From assembly GCA_050949565.1 (NCBI GenBank), contig JBMNFY010000017.1, positions 128,001 to 192,000 of the forward strand: a stretch of DNA of 64,000 nucleotides, read 5' to 3'. The notes under the pieces are model-generated. The model did no database searches and had not been told where the DNA came from. It saw only the letters and a program-made list of their open reading frames with translations. Below are positions 19,393-28,979 of this stretch, one piece after another (position 1 is the stretch's first letter; every line of letters begins with the position of its first letter). Made by a program: the position numbers and the translations under genes. This stretch comes from Kiritimatiellia bacterium (GTDB lineage: Bacteria > Verrucomicrobiota > Kiritimatiellia > RFP12 > UBA1067).

Positions 19393-19723
19393 CCATGCGG
19401 CCGTTGCCGTCCTGGAAGGGATGGATGAATTCGAACTCGTAGTGGAAGACGCAACTGGCGATGAGCGGGTGTTCCGGCGTGTCTCTGAGCCAGGCCAGAA
19501 GACCGGCGATCAGGGCGGGCACGCGGTCGGCGGGAGGCGCGAGGTGGATGATTGCCGCGCCGCGCTGGATACCGACACCGCCGGAGCGGAAACGCCCCGG
19601 CTCGTCGATCAGACCGGCCATGATGACGCCGTGTGCGGCCAACAGGTCGTCGCGTGAATGGGGCGACCACTCGAACATGCGCTCGTAGGCGGCAAAGGCG
19701 TTGCGGACTTCTTGGATTTCGCG
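19393..19723 (-). pseudogene. Internal fragment of a Fic-family protein gene
   Basis: REIQEVRNA...PGRFR...HLAPPADRVP...HYEFEFIHPFQDGNGRM contains the Fic motif HPFxDGNGR. The N-terminus is replaced by the repeat at 19724 and the sequence diverges right after GNGRM. Confidence 0.85.
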
Positions 19724-20955
19724 GGAGAAACGGGGTCGTATTTTGACATTAGACAAACAAGGGTCGTGAAAATTTTGGAGTGCGGTGACAAGAACCGCGC
19801 TGTGCGCGGGTCGCGGCACCGCTTTCCCTCCGAGCCGCGCGCGGAGACACTCTTAGTCCTCACTCTTAGTCGAATACACTTAGTCGTTCACACCTAGTCG
19901 ATTGCGCCAGCGACGAAGTGTTTGGACGAAGTGCGGGTCGCGGCACCGCTTTTGCATACACTTGCCACCGCACCCGGTGCTTTGCGGCGCGCGCGGAACC
20001 GCTTGCCGCCGCTCGGGATCTCGAAGGGGAGAAACGGGGTCGTATTTTGACATTAGACAAACAAGGGTCGTGAAAATTTTGGAGTGCGGTGACAAGAACC
20101 GCGCTGTGCGCGGGTCGCGGCACCGCTTTCCCTCCGAGCCGCGCGCGGAGACACTCTTAGTCCTCACTCTTAGTCGAATACACTTAGTCGTTCACACCTA
20201 GTCGATTGCGCCAGCGACGAAGTGTTTGGACGAAGACAAGCGACGAGGTGTAACCGATGAAGTGTTTCGACGAAGTATAGCGACGAAGTGCGGGTCGCGG
20301 TACCGCTTTTGCATACACTTGCCACCGCACCCGGTGCTTTAAAAGCGGCGTCGCGCGGAATACCGCTTGCCGCCGCCAAGTTCTTTCGCCAGACTTGCGG
20401 TCACGCCGCCATCCCGTAAAAATCTCCGCGCCTCTGCGTCTCTGCGTTAAACGTTTTTTAACTCAGAACGCTGAACGTCGAACGCTGAACTCTGAAGTAA
20501 AAAACTCCTTGCCTATAACTCACGCCCAAAGCTATCCCCGCGTTCGGCAAGGACTATCGCACCGAGATCGTCGTACCGAAATTGTAGGTCAGATACGCCC
20601 GTTTCCTCGCGGCATCATAGGTCACGATCCAACGCGCGGGCAACGTCCCGGAGAAACGGGGTCGTATTTTGACATTAGACAAACAAGGGTCGTGAAAATT
20701 TTGGAGTGCGGTGACAAGAACCGCGCTGTGCGCGGGTCGCGGCACCGCTTTCCCTCCGAGCCGCGCGCGGAGACACTCTTAGTCCTCACTCTTAGTCGAA
20801 TACACTTAGTCGTTCACACCTAGTCGATTGCGCCAGCGACGAAGTGTTTGGACGAAGTGCGGGTCGCGGCACCGCTTTTGCATACACTTGCCACCGCACC
20901 CGGTGCTTTAAAAGCGGCGTCGCGCGGAATACCGCTTGCCGCCGCTCGGGATCTC
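19724..20955. repeat. Three ~300-350-bp direct repeats (19724-20023, 20028-~20376, 20650-20955), each starting GGAGAAACGGGGTCGTATTTTGACATTAGACA and containing REP-like hairpins
   Basis: The first ~210 bp appear identical in all three copies. Copy 2 carries extra GACGAAGT units. Confidence 0.92.
20554..20649 (-). pseudogene. 3' fragment of a secreted-protein gene ending ...TYNFGTTISVR*
   Basis: GTLPARWIVTYDAARKRAYLTYNFGTTISVR-stop lies directly against repeat copy 3. Its C-terminus resembles that of the 62169 protein (SQGTVLFVR). Confidence 0.55.
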
Positions 20956-21090
20956 GTAATGTGTTCGACCAGTCGTACAACACCGGCGCCATGTCCCCAG
21001 CGCCAACTAAAAACCACAATCTGGCCTCAAACCGTCACGCCCCGGCTGTACATACAGCCTAATTCGGAATCGCGATCACGCCGCACGGCA

Positions 21091-21119
21091 TTGACAGGTT
21101 ACGCCCACTGCGCTATGCT
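21091..21119 (+). promoter_or_regulatory. Sigma70-type promoter of the btu operon
   Basis: TTGACA-17 nt-TATGCT immediately before the riboswitch. Confidence 0.7.
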
Positions 21120-21130
21120 CCACTCGTACT

Positions 21131-21272
21131 TTGCACCGGCTATCGGAAGCCCGTGAGAATCGGGCGCGGTCGCGCCGCTGTAATCGGCTACAAGCCCCCG
21201 GATGCCATTTCCTGCTGGGAGAGAAGGCGGGGGCAAGGTCAAGCCGTAAGCCAGAAGACGGGCCGGATGCAA
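21131..21272 (+). ncRNA. Cobalamin riboswitch
   Basis: CGGAAGCCCGTGAGAATCGGG...GCCGCTGTAA, GCCATT...GAGAAGGC and AAGCCAGAAGAC B12-box-like elements; closing TTGCA-CCGG/CCGG-A-TGCAA stem; lies upstream of btuB-like genes. Confidence 0.85.
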
Positions 21273-21404
21273 GCTGCGGCACTCCTTCGCGCATGAGGAG
21301 CCGAGGCCTGTCGTCCGGCCGTTTCCGGAACTGCTTCTGCTCTCGCCCCTGCGGCCTCATACGTGTTGGCTCTGCCCCAACCTTCGCGTAAGCGGATACG
21401 TATC

Positions 21405-23435
21405 ATGTCTCTGTCTCACCGTTTCACTGCCGCCACATTTGCGGCGTGTCTGGCCGCAACCGGCCTGACCACCCTCGGCCAAACAACCCCCGAGGCCCCG
21501 GAGTCTTCATCGACAGCACCGTCTGTCTCCAACGCCATTCCGCCGATCATCGTGCAGGCCAGCCGGACCGGCAAAACATCGTTGCAAATGCCCGCCTCCG
21601 TGCAGGTCATCACAGCGCGGGAAATCGCCGAATCGGGCTACTCGTCAACGGCGGAAGTGCTCGAAAAGCAGGGCGGCGTTACCCTGCGCACACTCAACAG
21701 CAATCCCGCGCTCACGCAACTTTCGATGCGCGGATTCGGCGAAAGCTCCTTCGGCCGCGTTCTGGTCCTCGTCAACGGCGAACGTCTCAATAATCCTGAC
21801 ATGTCTTCGCCGAGCCTGCTGCGCGTCCCGATGACGTCCATCTCGCGTATCGAGATCGTGCGTGGACCGCAAACCGTACTTCACGGCGACTTCGCCTCGG
21901 CCGGTGTGATCAACATCATCACGGACGACGCAACCGCTGAACAGCAGACCACGCTCGGTGCTTCGGTCGGTGCTTACGACACCTACTCGGCCTTCGTCAA
22001 CACCACGGGCATGTTCGGTGAGGACGGCGTCTCCTACCGCGCCAGCGCGGATTGGGAAAAGTCCGATGGCTATCGCGACAACAGCGATTACGAGACCTAC
22101 CAGTTGAACGCCGCGCTGCGCAAAGATTTCGGCGAGAACCGTTTCCTCTCGCTCTCCACCTTCTACCACGACGCGGAGTACGGCCTGCCGGGCGCGCTCT
22201 CCCGCGAGCGCTATCACAACGCGCCGCGCAGTTCCACCACACCGCGAGACCGCAGTGAGTTGGAGAGTTATGGTATCCGCCTGGGCGGGCGTACGACCGT
22301 GGGTGCCGACGGTATGTTCGATTTGAACGCCACAGCCAGTCGCCGCGAGACCGACAGCCGCTGGCTCAGCGCCACCAGTCAGGCCTTCTACGGCAGTGAG
22401 ATCGATTCATACGCGCTGCAGCCGCAGTACGCACACGACTTACGCATCGCCGGTCACCGCTCGATCCTCACGCTCGGCACCGACCTGCGGTATGATATGA
22501 CTGATTTCTATTCGGATTTCAATTCGCCTTTCTACACCTCGTTGCTTGATTGGGAGTTCAACCGCGCCAGTATCGCCGGCTATGCGCAGAACGAGTTCTT
22601 CTTCACTGATGACCTCTCGCTGACGCTCGGCGGACGAACCGAGTGGTTTGACAACCGCGTCAAGAATGCCGCCTCGACGACCTCCTACAGCAAGCGTGAG
22701 TCGGCCGTTGAAGCCGCCCTGCTCTATCGGCCTACTGAAACCTCCAAGGTCTACGCCAAAGCCGGACGCTTTTACCACGCGCCGTTCATCGACGAGATCT
22801 TCGCAGGCGCAGGCACGCCGAATCTCGCCCTCGCCCCAGAAACCGGTCTCAACCTCGAAATCGGCACGGAGGCCCGCATTGCCAACGAATGGCTGGCCGC
22901 ACTCTCGCTCTATCACATGGACATGGACGACGAGATCTATTACGACCCCGCCGCCTTCCAGAACCGCAACTCGCCGGGCGACACACGCCGCATGGGCCTT
23001 GACGCCGCACTGCGTTGGTCGCGCGATCGGGTCGGCTCCGCCTCGCTCGCTTACAGCGCGGTACGCGCGAAGTTCGATGGCGGCCCGTATGACGATAACC
23101 GCGTGCCGCTCGTACCGACGCATACCATCGGCATCAACGGCGACTATTACTTGCTACACAGTCTCGCGCTCATGGGCGGGGTGCGTCACGTCGCGCGCCA
23201 GTATCTCGGCAGCGACTTCAACAACAGCGCGCGGCCACTCAAGGGCTACACGTTGGTCGATTGCGGCCTGCGGTACGAACCTTCCTTCATCGAGGGTCTG
23301 CGTGTGACGCTGAGCGTCGATAATGTGTTCGGTCGCAACTACTGCGATTACGCCGGCTGGTCTAACTTCAGCGGCGACCATTACTATCCCGGTCGTGGCC
23401 GCTTCTGGAAAGTCGGTGCTACATTCACCTTCTAA
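21405..23435 (+). CDS. btuB: TonB-dependent receptor, probable cobalamin transporter
   Basis: Signal peptide, TonB box-like IIVQASR, plug motifs SMRGFG, VLVLVNG, RIEIVRGP, GVINIIT; C-terminal Phe; riboswitch upstream. Confidence 0.8.
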   Translation: MSLSHRFTAATFAACLAATGLTTLGQTTPEAPESSSTAPSVSNAIPPIIVQASRTGKTSLQMPASVQVITAREIAESGYSSTAEVLEKQGGVTLRTLNSNPALTQLSMRGFGESSFGRVLVLVNGERLNNPDMSSPSLLRVPMTSISRIEIVRGPQTVLHGDFASAGVINIITDDATAEQQTTLGASVGAYDTYSAFVNTTGMFGEDGVSYRASADWEKSDGYRDNSDYETYQLNAALRKDFGENRFLSLSTFYHDAEYGLPGALSRERYHNAPRSSTTPRDRSELESYGIRLGGRTTVGADGMFDLNATASRRETDSRWLSATSQAFYGSEIDSYALQPQYAHDLRIAGHRSILTLGTDLRYDMTDFYSDFNSPFYTSLLDWEFNRASIAGYAQNEFFFTDDLSLTLGGRTEWFDNRVKNAASTTSYSKRESAVEAALLYRPTETSKVYAKAGRFYHAPFIDEIFAGAGTPNLALAPETGLNLEIGTEARIANEWLAALSLYHMDMDDEIYYDPAAFQNRNSPGDTRRMGLDAALRWSRDRVGSASLAYSAVRAKFDGGPYDDNRVPLVPTHTIGINGDYYLLHSLALMGGVRHVARQYLGSDFNNSARPLKGYTLVDCGLRYEPSFIEGLRVTLSVDNVFGRNYCDYAGWSNFSGDHYYPGRGRFWKVGATFTF

Positions 23436-23740
23436 TGTGGGCGAAGCCCGCAACCCAATTCAATCTCACACAAAGGATTAACATGATTTGGAGGGCGAGT
23501 GTCCCCACGAGCCGCCGGGGCGCGGCAATGGAGGGCGAGTATCCCCACGAGCCGCCTTCCGTGCATAGCGCGGAGGGAAAGCGGTGCCGCGACCCGCGCG
23601 TAGCGCGGCTCTTGTCACCGCACTCCAAATTGTGTGCGTCCAGTTCTGTGGGCGGCGTAACCGCCGCCGGGCAAGCAGACGCTTGCCCCTCCCAGGGCTC
23701 CGCAAGCAATGAAACCAGAAACCGGAAACCAGAAACCAGC
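23434..23740. repeat. Mosaic REP cluster inside the btu operon (three repeat families plus GAAACCA heptamers)
   Basis: Modules shared with 10620-10960 and 3170-3240; GAAACCAGAAACCGGAAACCAGAAACC resembles the rnfC-D repeat. Confidence 0.85.
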
Positions 23741-23752
23741 CAATGGCGGCGC

Positions 23753-24637
23753 GTGGTTGCATGCTGGCTGGTGGTAGCGCTGTCGACGCTGACGGCCTGC
23801 ATCCGGCAAGACCCCCTGCCCGCCGACAGTGGCATGCGGCTGGTCTCGACCGCCCCCCACCTGACCGAGTGCGTGTGCGCGATCGGCGCGGGGCACCTTC
23901 TGGTCGGACGCACGGCGACCTGCGACTACCCGCCGGAGGTTGTGAGCGAAATTCCCATCACCGGCGACTTCGCCGTCCCGTGGCTCGAGCCCCTGCTTGC
24001 CGTCCGCCCCACGCATGTTCTGGAAACCGTGCTTTCCGATCCCGCGCTCCGCGACCGGCTCACGGCGCTGAACATCCCGGTGGTGCATGTGCCCTGCACG
24101 CGGCTCGATCAAATCCCCGATGCGCTCCGCCAGCTTGGTGTGCTCTGCGACCGCTCAACACGCGCAAATCAATTGGCAGACGATATCCAGAGTGGTATCG
24201 AACGCGCGCGCCAAGCGGCCTCTTCATACCAGGCCCGCCCGCGCGTGCTGTTGCTCTTCGCGCCGGATGTCTCTATCACCGCCGGGCCTAACGCCTTTGT
24301 CACCACTCTGCTCGAACTCGCGGGCGGCGTCAGCGTCGGGCACGATCTTGAGGCCGATTACCCGCGTGTCTCACTCGAATGGATCATCGCGCAAGACCCG
24401 GACCTGCTACTCTGCATCTTTGAAACCACGCTCCCGCCGCTGGAAGTTTACGCCCGACAGACCGGCTGGCGCTCCCTGCGCGCCGTGCGTTCCGGCCGCG
24501 TCTACACGGTCACCGATCTGAACACCGTCAGCCGACCCGGCCCGCGTGTGCTAGACGGGATCGCACAAATCAAAGTGGTCCTAGATCAAGACGCCGAACG
24601 ATTCGCCAAACAGTCCCCTACTCCGGATCGCCCATGA
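23753..24637 (+). CDS. btuF: Cobalamin-binding periplasmic lipoprotein (start uncertain; frame open back to ATG 23435)
   Basis: Lipobox LTAC; RLVSTAPHLTE, LVGRT.CDYPP, VSLEWII.QDPD, RPGPRV. Confidence 0.8.
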   Translation: MVACWLVVALSTLTACIRQDPLPADSGMRLVSTAPHLTECVCAIGAGHLLVGRTATCDYPPEVVSEIPITGDFAVPWLEPLLAVRPTHVLETVLSDPALRDRLTALNIPVVHVPCTRLDQIPDALRQLGVLCDRSTRANQLADDIQSGIERARQAASSYQARPRVLLLFAPDVSITAGPNAFVTTLLELAGGVSVGHDLEADYPRVSLEWIIAQDPDLLLCIFETTLPPLEVYARQTGWRSLRAVRSGRVYTVTDLNTVSRPGPRVLDGIAQIKVVLDQDAERFAKQSPTPDRP

Positions 24638-25611
24638 CCCCCTCTCGCACAACAACCTGCCTACTACTCCTCACCGTGCCTGTGGTGCTCATCCTGTGCT
24701 TGATGGCCGGCCCGGCGGGATTCGGGCTGCCAGACACCTCGACGCTTGCGGGTCGCGCATTGCTGGAGTTGCGGTTGCTGCGCGTCGTGACCGGCTTTGT
24801 GGTCGGCGCGGCGCTGGCGCTCTCGGGCTGTGCGTTACAAGCCATCCTGCGCAATGCGCTGGCCGAGCCCTATGTACTCGGCGTGAGCAGCGGCAGCTCG
24901 CTCGGCGCGGCATTGACAATCGTGACCGGCCTCGTGCAGTTGACACCGCTCGCCTTGCCGGCCGGCGCTTTCGTGGTCGGCGGTCTGACCCTGTTACTGG
25001 TCTGCCTCGTGTCAGGACGCGCCGGTCACTACTCGCCCAACACCCTGATTCTCGTCGGTGTGGTCGCCAGTTCCATGCTCTCAAGTCTGCTGATGCTCGT
25101 CCTCGCCTTGGCCGACACGCTCGCTTTGCACAGCATCACTTGGTGGATGATGGGCAACTTGCAGGCGACATCATGGACGCTCGTGCTGATTGTGACCGTA
25201 CTGATTGCCATCTCCGCCGCACTGCTCTTCAGCCAAGTTCCCGCACTGAACGCCCTGCTGCTCGGCAGCGAGACCGCACGCCACCTCGGCGTGGAGACGC
25301 GCATCGTTTTGCCACTGGTACTCGGTGCCGCCGCGCTAGCCACCTCCGCCGCCGTCTCGCTCGCGGGCTGCATCGGATTTGTTGGTTTGATCGTTCCGCA
25401 TACGTTGCGTCGCGTAGTCGGCGCAAACCACCGTCGACTGCTGCCGGCCGCGACGTTGTGCGGCGGTGCATTTTTGGTCGTGTGCGATACGCTTGCGCGT
25501 TTGCTTTTTGCGCCCCGCGAAGTTCCGGTCGGCGTGATCACCGCGCTTTCCGGCGGCCCCTTTTTCCTCTATCTGCTGCTGCGCAACCATGAAACACATG
25601 AAACTCCATGA
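24634..25611 (+). CDS. btuC: FecCD/BtuC-family ABC permease
   Basis: QAILRNALAEPYVLGVSSG, GCIGFVGLIVPH, EVPVGVITALSGGPFF. Confidence 0.88.
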   Translation: MTPSRTTTCLLLLTVPVVLILCLMAGPAGFGLPDTSTLAGRALLELRLLRVVTGFVVGAALALSGCALQAILRNALAEPYVLGVSSGSSLGAALTIVTGLVQLTPLALPAGAFVVGGLTLLLVCLVSGRAGHYSPNTLILVGVVASSMLSSLLMLVLALADTLALHSITWWMMGNLQATSWTLVLIVTVLIAISAALLFSQVPALNALLLGSETARHLGVETRIVLPLVLGAAALATSAAVSLAGCIGFVGLIVPHTLRRVVGANHRRLLPAATLCGGAFLVVCDTLARLLFAPREVPVGVITALSGGPFFLYLLLRNHETHETP

Positions 25612-25637
25612 AAATCTGTGGATAGAAAAACCGAGCC

Positions 25638-26414
25638 ATGATTCACTTGGAACACATCCATGCCGCCTACAACGGCCAGCCGGTATTGACCGATGTCTCG
25701 CTGCACCTTGCGCACGGTGAGTGCGCCGCGCTGGTCGGCCCGAACGGTGCGGGAAAGTCATCGCTGCTGCGCGTCATCACCGGCCAGCTTCCAGCGCGAG
25801 GTTCGCGCCGGATCGCCGGCGGCGATCCGGCCCGTTGCAATGCGCGCGAATTTGCCCGGCATGTAGCGGTGGTCCCGCAAGATCTTCCGCAGGACATCCC
25901 TTTCGCGGCCTACGAATTTGTGTCGCTCGGGCGTACCGCCTATCTGCCGCGTTTCGGCACCCCTTCCAAAGCCGATCACGATGCGGTACAGGAAGCAATG
26001 GACGTGACCGGCACCTGGCACCTGCGTCACCGCGCACTGCCAGCGATGAGCGGCGGCGAACGCCAGCGGCTGGCCATCGCCGTGGCCTTGGCGGCACAGC
26101 CCGACATCCTGTTGCTGGACGAGCCCACCTCGCATCTGGACCTGCGTCACCGCGTGGACCTCATGGCACTACTACTGCGCCTCAACCGCGACCGTAAGAT
26201 CACCATCCTGATGGTGATACACGACCTCACTCTGGCGAGCCAGTTTTTCTCGCGGATCATCCTGCTGAGCCAAGGGATCAAACTCGCTGACGGCACCCCC
26301 GCCGAAGTCCTGCGCCCCGATCTTTTAGAAGCGGCCTACGGCTGCCCGGTCAACGTCATTCCGCTACCGGATCTCGCAACCGTCTGCGTACTGCCCGCTC
26401 TCGCGTCAACTTGA
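25638..26414 (+). CDS. btuD: ABC ATPase (BtuD/FepC type)
   Basis: Walker A GPNGAGKS, signature MSGGERQ, Walker B LLLDEPT, H-loop IHD. Confidence 0.88.
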   Translation: MIHLEHIHAAYNGQPVLTDVSLHLAHGECAALVGPNGAGKSSLLRVITGQLPARGSRRIAGGDPARCNAREFARHVAVVPQDLPQDIPFAAYEFVSLGRTAYLPRFGTPSKADHDAVQEAMDVTGTWHLRHRALPAMSGGERQRLAIAVALAAQPDILLLDEPTSHLDLRHRVDLMALLLRLNRDRKITILMVIHDLTLASQFFSRIILLSQGIKLADGTPAEVLRPDLLEAAYGCPVNVIPLPDLATVCVLPALAST

Positions 26415-26465
26415 CAGACCCGCATCCTGTATCTGATAATCCCAAAAAACCGTGGAGATTATGCA

Positions 26466-27974
26466 ATGGGTTTCTTGATCGGCATCGACTGCGGCGGCAC
26501 CGCTACAAAAGCGGCCGTCATCGACCCGCAGGGGCGGACGCTCGGCACGGCAACACGCAATGTTCAGGTACTCGAGCCGCATCCCTCGTGGTCGGAACGC
26601 GACATGGAGGCGATGTGGCGCGACACCTGTGCGGTGGTGCGCGAAGCACTGGCAGCGGCGAATCTTTCAGGCGATGCGATAGACAGCATCGCCTGCACCG
26701 GACACGGCAACGGCCTGTATCTGATCGACGCTGACGGCCAGCCGGTCCGCCACGCGATCAACTCGACCGACCAGCGCGCCGCTGACATCGTTCGGACGTG
26801 GCGGGCAGACGGTCTCGATGTGCGCGTCCTGCCGTTAACCGCACAGTCCCTCTGGGCCGCACAGCCCAATGCGCTGCTCGCCTGGTTGCAAGCGTACGAG
26901 CCGCAAAGCTTTGCACGTGCCAGCCACCTGTTGATGGCCAAGGATTACATCCGTTTTCGCCTGACCGGTGTCGTGGCGATGGAAGAGACCGACATGAGCG
27001 CGACCAGCCTCATGCATGTGCCCGACGGCACATACGACGACAGACTGCTGGCGTGGTTCGGTATTCCGGACGCAAAGCGCCTGTTGCCGCCACTGGTCAA
27101 AAGCGCCGAAATTTGTGGCACTGTAACGCCTGCAGCCGCGGCCGCGACCGGCCTGCGTACCGGCACGCCGGTGGCCGGCGGGATGTTCGACATTGACGCC
27201 TGCGGCCTTGCGTCGGGCTGTATTGACGAACAACAGCTCGTTATGGTGGCCGGCACGTGGGGCAACAACCAATATATCGACCGCCAGCCGTTGATCGACC
27301 GCGACCTGTTCATGACTTCACGTTATTGCATCCCCGGCTGGTTCTTGATGCTGGAAGGTAGTCCAACGGGCGCTGGCAATCTGGACTGGTTTGTGCGCGA
27401 GTTCCTCGGCGACACGCAAACGGTTCTGACGCAGACCGACGGCGGCACACTCTTCGCATGGGCGGACCGCACCGTGGAGCAAACCCCGCTGAATCGGGAC
27501 ACTCCCCTGTTCCTTCCTTTTCTCTACGGCTCCAATCTCGGGCATCCAGCGCAGGCCTGCCTGCTGGGCATGAAAGGGCGGCATACCCGCGCCGATGTGC
27601 TGCGCGCCGTGTACGAAGGCTGCATCTTCGCGCATAACCGGCATCTACAGCGCCTGTATACGTTCCGTGCGCCGCCCGCGACGATCCGGCTCACAGGCGG
27701 CGCGGCGCGTAGCGCGGTTTGGTCGCAGATGTTTGCCGATGTCTTCCAAGTGCCAATCGAGATCCCGGCCGGGCAGGAACTCGGCGCGCTGGGTGCCGCC
27801 ATTGCGGCGGCTGTCGCCTGCGGGATCTACGCTTCGCTTGAGGACGCCGTGCGCGGCATGACACGCATCGAACGGACGCACCAACCCGATCCGGCGCGGG
27901 GCGCACTGCACGCCGAGCGTTACGCGCGTTATGACGAAGCCTGCCACCTGCTCCGCCCCTTCTTCACCGCATAA
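26466..27974 (+). CDS. FGGY-family carbohydrate kinase (L-xylulose/3-keto-L-gulonate kinase-like)
   Basis: IGIDCGGTATK, TGHGNGLY, KDYIRFRLTG, LPFLYG, LTGGAARS. Confidence 0.85.
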   Translation: MGFLIGIDCGGTATKAAVIDPQGRTLGTATRNVQVLEPHPSWSERDMEAMWRDTCAVVREALAAANLSGDAIDSIACTGHGNGLYLIDADGQPVRHAINSTDQRAADIVRTWRADGLDVRVLPLTAQSLWAAQPNALLAWLQAYEPQSFARASHLLMAKDYIRFRLTGVVAMEETDMSATSLMHVPDGTYDDRLLAWFGIPDAKRLLPPLVKSAEICGTVTPAAAAATGLRTGTPVAGGMFDIDACGLASGCIDEQQLVMVAGTWGNNQYIDRQPLIDRDLFMTSRYCIPGWFLMLEGSPTGAGNLDWFVREFLGDTQTVLTQTDGGTLFAWADRTVEQTPLNRDTPLFLPFLYGSNLGHPAQACLLGMKGRHTRADVLRAVYEGCIFAHNRHLQRLYTFRAPPATIRLTGGAARSAVWSQMFADVFQVPIEIPAGQELGALGAAIAAAVACGIYASLEDAVRGMTRIERTHQPDPARGALHAERYARYDEACHLLRPFFTA

Positions 27975-28725
27975 GCATACCGCCGGTCACGTCCAGCGTC
28001 GTTCCGGTTATATAGTCAGCGGCGGATGAAACCAAGAACACCACCGCATTGGCGATGTCCTCCGGCTCGGCGATGCGGTTGAGCGGGATGCGGCTCAGAT
28101 ATTTATCCAGATTCGCCGCCAGTTTGTCCGCCACCATCTCCGTGCGCACCATGCCCGGCGCGACGGCGTTGACGTTGATGCCGCGGACTGCCACCTCACG
28201 CGCCACAGCGCGGGTCATCGAGACCAGCGCTCCTTTGCTGGCATCGTACGGAAGACGTCCGGAGGTCGACCCTAGAAAGGCCGCCTGCGAGGTAAGGTTC
28301 ACGATCTTGCCCTTGCGTCCCGCCGCCGTCAGACGGCGCACAAACTCCTGACAGGCCACGAACGCGCCAGTCACATTGACCCGGAAGGTCTTCTCCCACT
28401 CCTCTAAGCTGTACATCTCAATCGGCCCGCCGGGACAATACGCCGCGTTGTTGACCAAAATATCCACCGCCCCGAAGCGCTCTTCCAGACGATCAAACAT
28501 CCCGGCGATCTCCTCTGCCCGCTCCAGATCGGCCCGCAACGCCACGGCTTCCGTCCCGAAATCCCGCGCGATCCCCGCTACCACTTCCGCCGCCTTCTCG
28601 GGACTGCCGGAGCAACCCACGCCCACGCGCACACCCTCCGCCGCCAGACCACGGCAAATCGCCGCGCCGATACCGCGCGAACCACCGGTCACCAGCGCCA
28701 CCTTGCCTTGCAATTCAAGTTTCAT
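27964..28725 (-). CDS. SDR family oxidoreductase
   Basis: TGGSRGIG, NNA, YDASK; start MKLELQG. Confidence 0.9.
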   Translation of the reverse strand: MKLELQGKVALVTGGSRGIGAAICRGLAAEGVRVGVGCSGSPEKAAEVVAGIARDFGTEAVALRADLERAEEIAGMFDRLEERFGAVDILVNNAAYCPGGPIEMYSLEEWEKTFRVNVTGAFVACQEFVRRLTAAGRKGKIVNLTSQAAFLGSTSGRLPYDASKGALVSMTRAVAREVAVRGINVNAVAPGMVRTEMVADKLAANLDKYLSRIPLNRIAEPEDIANAVVFLVSSAADYITGTTLDVTGGMLMR

Positions 28726-28744
28726 AAATCCGCCTTCCAATCAT

Positions 28745-28975
28745 CTAATGCGGACGAAGCCCGCAACCCAAGTTAATTAGTGCATTAGTGCATTAGTTTG
28801 TCTGGGGGTGCGTTGCCGCGCTTCGCAGTGCACCCCAAAAAACCTCCGTGTTCTCTGTGCCTCTGTGAGAGAAAAAAACCGAGCCATGTCCCAAAAAACT
28901 TTGTGCCCTTTGTGTCTTCGTGTGAGGAAACAATTTGTTTTTTATTGTGCTTGTTGAGCCGTAAGGCACTAAAGT
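28745..28975. repeat. Mosaic intergenic repeat (GCGGACGAAGCCCGC module, TTAGTGCA repeats, 9-mer blocks)
   Basis: Modules shared with 9261, 10631-10960 and 12470-12525. Confidence 0.75.
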
Positions 28976-28979
28976 GCAC

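Noticed and set aside
19724-20955. CRISPR array or integron cassette array
   Set aside because: The repeats are ~300 bp with irregular intervening lengths; no cas or intI gene and no convincing attC (RYYYAAC...GTTRRRY) structure were found.
19609-21062. Small ORFs with near-identical peptides (ECGDKNRAVRGSRHRF / KRCRDPRTARFLSPHS)
   Set aside because: They are translations of the REP-containing repeats.
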